DNA of 41,009 nt, taken from assembly GCF_001194135.2 (NCBI RefSeq), contig NC_068995.1, positions 52,742,264 through 52,783,272 on the forward strand, read 5' to 3'. This stretch comes from Octopus bimaculoides (lineage: Eukaryota). Below the pieces are notes generated by a model, which was not told where the DNA came from, ran no database searches, and saw nothing but the letters and a program-made list of their open reading frames with translations. A program made the position numbers and the translations under genes. This document shows, piece after piece, positions 35,836 through 41,009 of the stretch; the first letter of the stretch is position 1, and the number at the start of each line of letters is the position of its first letter.

Positions 35836-36062
35836 CATTATTTACATTATTTACATTTGACGGATATTTGTCCTCATCTTGTTTGTTGTTAACACAACGT
35901 TTCGGCTGATATACCCTCCAGCCTTCATTAGGTGTCTTGGGTATATGGCGTAGTGGTTAAGAGCGCGGGCTACTAGCCCCAAGATTCCGAGTTCGATTCC
36001 AGGCAGTGACCTGAATGATAATGATGATAATAATAATAGTAATAACATCGAAAAATACCTTA
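35836..36062. mobile_element. HHR-bearing tRNA-headed SINE (family F) with internal inversion
   Basis: HHR-containing 3' half on the minus strand (35836-35941) abuts a tRNA-like head on the plus strand (35942-36062; A box TGGCGTAGTGG 35946-35956, B box GTTCGATTCC 35991-36000). Confidence 0.7.
35891..35936 (-). ncRNA. Minimal type I hammerhead ribozyme motif (G5A mutated copy)
   Basis: GACAC-CUAAUGA-A-GGCUG(10 nt)CAGCC-GAAA-CGU-U-GUGUU. Stems I and II pair fully, stem III is the palindrome ACGU, cleavage triplet GUU. Confidence 0.68.
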
Positions 36063-36532
36063 TATGGAGTATTTCTGTTTCATTGTGCCAGCCGATATTT
36101 GCGTAGGCTATGGCATGATATAATGTGCACTGCTTTGTGTAGGTGAAGCTGATACAACTGGGGATTATTATTTACACAATAATTGCAATAATTACATATC
36201 TTCAAACAATTTACTGTGTCTAATTTATCAATTTATGTTCAGACTTTCACAATATTCACATTCATAGCCATTATTATTATTGTAGAGAACCATTTATTTA
36301 ACAGCTTAATAACCAGCCAAATTTTAGACTATTAACTGTGTTCTCCCATGATATTATATTTTGCTGTTCTCTAATAATCTACTTATACATTTCCTCTTTC
36401 AGTCTGGTGTGTTCCTGCCTGATGAAGGAGACAGCTGATCTCTTGCCCTTGCAGTGGCCTCTTTTCATATACTGCTTCGGTAAAAACTGGACTTTTACTC
36501 TATCAACTTCAAAAAGCTTTTTATTCCTTTTT

Positions 36533-36952
36533 TTTTTACTTGTTTCAGTCACTTGACTGTGGTCATGCTGGAGCACTGCCTTAAAGGGTGTTAGTCAAAG
36601 AAATTGACTGCCATCCACCCCCACCCCCACAGGACTTATTCTTTGTAAGCCTAGTACTTACTCTATCAGTCTGTTATGCCTAACTGATAAGATACGGGGG
36701 GGCATGAATACACCAGCATCAGTTGTCACGCGATGGTGGGGAACAAACACATACACACAAACATAAACACACACACACACACACACACACATATATGCAT
36801 ATGACGGACTTCTACTTTCTGTGTATCAAATCCACTCACAAGGCTTTGGTTGGCCCAAGGTTATAGTAGAAGACATTTGCCCAAGGTGCCACACAGTGGA
36901 ACTGAACCCAGAACCACGTGGTTGGGAAGCAAGCTTCTTACCACACAGCCAC
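36533..36952 (-). mobile_element. SINE family B, full length, with internal (TG)/(TA) microsatellite
   Basis: tRNA-like head at about 36840-36952, internal (CA)n at about 36745-36800, 3' body to 36533. Confidence 0.9.
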
Positions 36953-37047
36953 GACAACCTCAGCAGCATTTGATCTTAGAATACAAACCCAGAAGAAATG
37001 CCACTAAGCATTTTGTCCAGCATGGTAATATTTCTGCCAATTCATTG

Positions 37048-37080
<33 letters not shown>

Positions 37081-37361
37081 TGATGACAGCAACAACAAGA
37101 ACCTACAACTACAGCAGTAACAATGACAATCATAAATACAATCTGCTTTTAGTTTCAAAGTTTTCCTGAGTAAATAAATGTTCTTTTATTAATAAAAGAA
37201 CAGAAATCGCAAATATAATTGGAGTATTCATAATAATGTTTTCCACTGAGTTGGAAAGACAATATCCTCCAACTTAATGTCCTTATTGCATGCAATAACT
37301 TTCATAACAAACAGCTTTCTGTGGCATATAGGATACGTCTGTGTTTGCTTATGTTGAGCTG

Positions 37362-37495
37362 TATGTGTGTGTGTGTGTGTGTGTGTTATATGTATCTTAG
37401 TATATATATATCAGTGTGGATGCATGTGTATATGTGTTTAAGAGCATGTGTTGTATGACGTACGTCAGTGTGTGATTGGATCTTTGTGGGTGTGT

Positions 37496-37548
<53 letters not shown>

Positions 37549-38322
37549 CACATACATACACAGCAATCTACATATGTATATATATATGTATGTGTGTGTG
37601 TATGCATGTGGTGGTGTATGTATGAGTGTTTGTGTATGTAAGTGTGTGTGTGTATGTATGCAGCGAATTTGTTTGTCTTTTCGTGCATCTAATCAGTTTA
37701 TTATGTATCTGTGTTGTGTGTGTGTTTGCATGTGTAAATTTGTGTGTGTGCACGCGTGTGTGCATGTATGTGTGTATTGGGTTGTGTGGCTGACATTGTA
37801 GCCAACTTTCTCCACAATTAATACCATTCTGTTGTCTTGTTGGAATCAACATTTGCCGTCCTATATTCTGCCACTCAACATATGGACACACAAACGCAGA
37901 CACAGACACACGCACACACACACACACACAAGCATGTACATACACATACACAACCACAAACACAACACACCTACACAAACACACACAACACACCTACACA
38001 GACACATACACAAACACAATTACATACACACACACAAACACATGCACACACATACACTCATGCACATACACACGTAGATCCAGGCATTTATAGAAAAGCA
38101 CACATACAATCTGTACATTTCAAAATAACAAACGCATGCATACACATAGATGCAGACACACACACACACACACACATACATATAGATACAAACATGTGTA
38201 TAAAGATGCAAATTCTCACACACACACACACACACACAATTACATATATTCATAGATAGAAACATAGAAATACACACACACATATAAATTCAAACACACA
38301 TAGATATACACACACATACATG
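37362..38322. repeat. Degenerate (TG)n then (CA)n microsatellite field
   Basis: Direct reading. Confidence 0.9.
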
Positions 38323-38584
38323 TGGTTACATAGCCATGGATAGGAATGACATAGAATGACAATATTTTGGAAAATATTTAGGATTCTGTTTTAGAGTCCA
38401 ATATCACAGACTTCCTGGCTACAAGGCAGCAGCAGAGATCTTGAAGAACCAAAAGAAAGGAATAATTAATAAACTTATATTTTTATGACGCAAAATATTT
38501 CTCTGCAATATAATTATGGTGCAGGGCAGCAAAATGCTTTAATTAATATTTCTTTAAGAAAATAATCAACAGAAAAAAGACAAG

Positions 38585-38697
38585 GAATAAGCATTGTTGA
38601 GTGGTAAGAAGTTTGCTTTCTCACCAAAGGGTTCTTGGTTTGGTTCCACTGTATGGCATCTTGGGCAAGTGTCTTCTACTATAGCTTCGGGGCCGAA
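38585..38697 (+). mobile_element. SINE family B head ending at an N-gap
   Basis: GTGGTAAGAAGTTTGCTT...GGGCAAGTGTCTTCTACTATAGC. Confidence 0.75.
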
Positions 38698-39077
38698 NNN
38701 NNNNNNNNNNNNNNNNNNNNNNNNNNNNNNNNNNNNNNNNNNNNNNNNNNNNNNNNNNNNNNNNNNNNNNNNNNNNNNNNNNNAACCCCCCACACATACA
38801 TATCGTTGCTATTATGTTAACCTGTTGTGTGTCCGAATTTGACCAAATGCGTTTTTTTTTTTTTTTACAATATTTATTTTTGCTTGCAATAACGGGTTCT
38901 TTTGATCAAACTATCGTATCTCCAGCTGCTTCAGATGCCAAAATATGAAAATTATCAAAGTGTAGTGCAATGGTTTTGCTATAGAATGGTAAAACTATTT
39001 TTCTGTTTTCTGAAAAAGCAACGTTTTGGACTTATGTTACCTTTGCATAATAACAACTATACATATATATATTACAT

Positions 39078-39233
39078 CAGCCCCAGTAAGCAACTGGTAC
39101 TTATTTTATCAATCCTGGAAGGATAAAAGGCAAAGTTGACCTCGGTGGAATTTGAACTCAGAATGTAAGGATGGAGGAAATACCACCAAGCATTTTGCCT
39201 GGCGTGCAAATGATTCGGTCAGCTTGCCACCTT
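39078..39233 (-). mobile_element. SINE family A
   Basis: GCAACTGGTACTTATTTTATC...GGCAAAGTTGACCTCGGTGGAATTTGAACTCAGAA. Confidence 0.85.
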
Positions 39234-39825
39234 AATAAGAACAACAACAACAATGATGATGATGATGATATCATGTGTATATTTTTTAGTGCTTAAAGCG
39301 ATCTTAAATGGTTAAAGAATTCTTCTCAAAGCAAATAAACGTGATTTTATATCTAGAAATGAATGACATCCAAAAGTAGATAAGATTCTCCAAAGTTTAA
39401 TACATTTTGGTAAAGACCACATTTATTCCTCCTCATTTTCTTAATCTTCTAAAATAAAAATATAAATTTTCTCTATAAAATGAAATCTTGATAAAATATT
39501 TTGATGATTTCTTAGAAACCAGAGAGAGATGTTAAAAATGGAGAAAAAAAAGGAGATGATTATTTAAGTAAATAAATAAATAATATAAGTGAAGTTTTAG
39601 AAAATAAATATATTTCTACCATGGGAATTTGAAATCATTAAATATATTTTGAAAACAGCTTAATCTGAATTTTGCAATAAATAAATAATGTTGTTGTTAT
39701 CGTTGTAGTGGTGGTGGTGGTAGCTATTTAGCCCTGGGATAATCCTGTTTGAGAAAACATATGATCAAAATCAAAGGTGTTCTAGCCAGTCATTTTGAGT
39801 TTTATTTTCTTTATATTATTTAAAT

Positions 39826-40030
39826 GTGTGTTTCTGTTTGTCGCCCCACCATTGCTTGACAACCGATGTTGGTGTGCTTATGTTCTCATAACTCGGTGGT
39901 TTGGCAAAATGGACTGATAGAATAAGTACTAGGCTTACAAAGAATAAGTCCTTGGGTTGAACTGTTCGACTAAAGGCAGTGCTCCAGCATGGTCACAGTC
40001 AAATGACTGAAGCAAGTAAAAGAATAAAAG
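39826..40030 (+). mobile_element. SINE family B 3' half
   Basis: Same tail as 18272 in the opposite orientation. A degraded minus-strand tail follows at about 40080-40190. Confidence 0.88.
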
Positions 40031-40194
40031 AATATATATATATATATACATATACACACAAACACACACACACACATATATATTCTCTTATTCTTTTATT
40101 TTACTTGTTACAGTCATTAGGCTGCAGACATGCAGAGTCGCCTTCTTGAAGAATTTTAGTTGAAGAAATCAACCCCAGTATTTACATTTTAAAA

Positions 40195-40355
40195 ATAGAT
40201 AAATAGAAATAGACAGATAAGTAGAGAGATATGAATAGATAGATAGATAGAAAGACAGACAGATAGATGGATAGATAGAGATGAATAGATGGATAGGCAT
40301 ATATATATAAAGACAGATAGATAGATAGATAGATAAACAAATAGATAGATAGACA
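40195..40355. repeat. (GATA)n/(GACA)n tetranucleotide repeat
   Basis: Direct reading. Confidence 0.9.
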
Positions 40356-40559
40356 AATATATTATACATGCACCCATATATATATAGTACAAAACAAATT
40401 AAAGAATTAAATAACCAAACTCCTGGAAAACCAAAATCTCTTCTGCAATAAGACAACAACAATACACAAATCAATGACAATGGAATATCAAATGAAACAA
40501 AAACAAAAAAAAAATCCCAAATAAACCAACAAAACCCAGAACAAATGCATCGGACTTAC

Positions 40560-40841
40560 CATCAACACAAGCATATTCTATGGAATATTCTGATATGTGT
40601 GGAGCCAGACGATTACAGGCAGGAGAGCGTAATTGCAAAATGCAAGGATTAGCTTTGTGACACATTTTTTTAAGGTATTTCAAACAACCCTTAACAAACG
40701 TCCGTCGGACTCCAGATGTGATTGACATGACAACAACCCAACCATTTCTCCAGCATCCTATAGACGTACTGCTCAGGCCTGCTGAACACGTTGGTATCTT
40801 AAAATCAGGTCGAGGTTCGATGATTGGACATCGATGGTCAT
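40560..40841 (-). CDS. Internal coding exon of an unidentified gene; Cys-rich extracellular module, possibly a divergent SUEL/Gal_lectin-like domain
   Basis: Acceptor TTTTCTCTGTCTTTTGCAG, donor G|GTAAGT, 282 nt, phase 1-1, open. Translation: DHRCPIIEPRPDFKIPTCSAGLSSTSIGCWRNGWVVVMSITSGVRRTFVKGCLKYLKKMCHKANPCILQLRSPACNRLAPHISEYSIEYACVD. 8 Cys and a terminal IEYAC like the SUEL V.Y.C. The exon call is strong; the domain call is tentative. Confidence 0.8.
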
Positions 40842-40933
40842 CTGCAAAAGACAGAGAAAAGAAAATTATTGGAATATAATGAAATGGAATAGTGATATGG
40901 CTTTATACGACTGAAACTGAAATAATATATAGA

Positions 40934-41009
<76 letters not shown>
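40934..41009. repeat. (TC)n(TA)n microsatellite at the window edge
   Basis: Direct reading. Confidence 0.95.

Noticed and set aside
35942-36010. Possible tRNA gene
   Set aside because: A and B boxes are present but there is no pairing acceptor stem, and it continues into repeat sequence; treated as a SINE head. The same applies to 12490-12570 and 22800-22870.
36395-36490. CTGATGAAGGAGA..TCTCTT hairpin and a plus-strand acceptor
   Set aside because: The hairpin is not followed by GAAA. The exon-like frame has a weak donor and no recognisable product.
6043-38283. Dozens of [12 protein letters not shown], poly-Thr, poly-Asp and X-rich ORFs
   Set aside because: They are translations of microsatellites, trinucleotide fields or N-gaps, with no coding signal.
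38330-38450. Open minus-strand phase-1 frame LCCCLVARKSV...
   Set aside because: AAG acceptor, weak donor and no recognisable homology.

Overview
AT-rich, microsatellite-saturated eukaryotic genomic DNA with 13 N-gaps (about 3.6 kb in total). The repeat landscape suggests an octopod cephalopod; this is inferred from recalled repeat families, not from a database search. Nearly all ORFs in the supplied track are microsatellite or gap artefacts. One host coding exon is well supported: minus strand 40560-40841, 282 nt, phase 1-1, 8 Cys, resembling a divergent SUEL/Gal_lectin domain. Most of the window is therefore probably intron or 3' flank of that gene, with a few weak extra exon candidates. 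The rest is repeat debris: several tRNA-derived SINE families, RTE LINE 3' ends, a decayed Tx1/L1-like 5' region with a CCHC knuckle, an internally collapsed Ty3/gypsy pol relic, mariner/Tc1, hAT and TTAA (piggyBac-type) MITEs, and a 1.7 kb degenerate satellite with a unit of about 40 bp. The most interesting signal is RNA-structural: three unrelated small repeats carry minimal type I hammerhead-ribozyme (HHR) folds. One appears to be a tRNA-headed (Pol III) SINE with an HHR tail (23787-23930 and 35836-36062). One is a foldback element holding an inverted pair of decayed HHR-like motifs (16952-17087). One is cut by a gap (7891-7930). Every individual copy has core mutations, so activity is an inference about the family consensus only.
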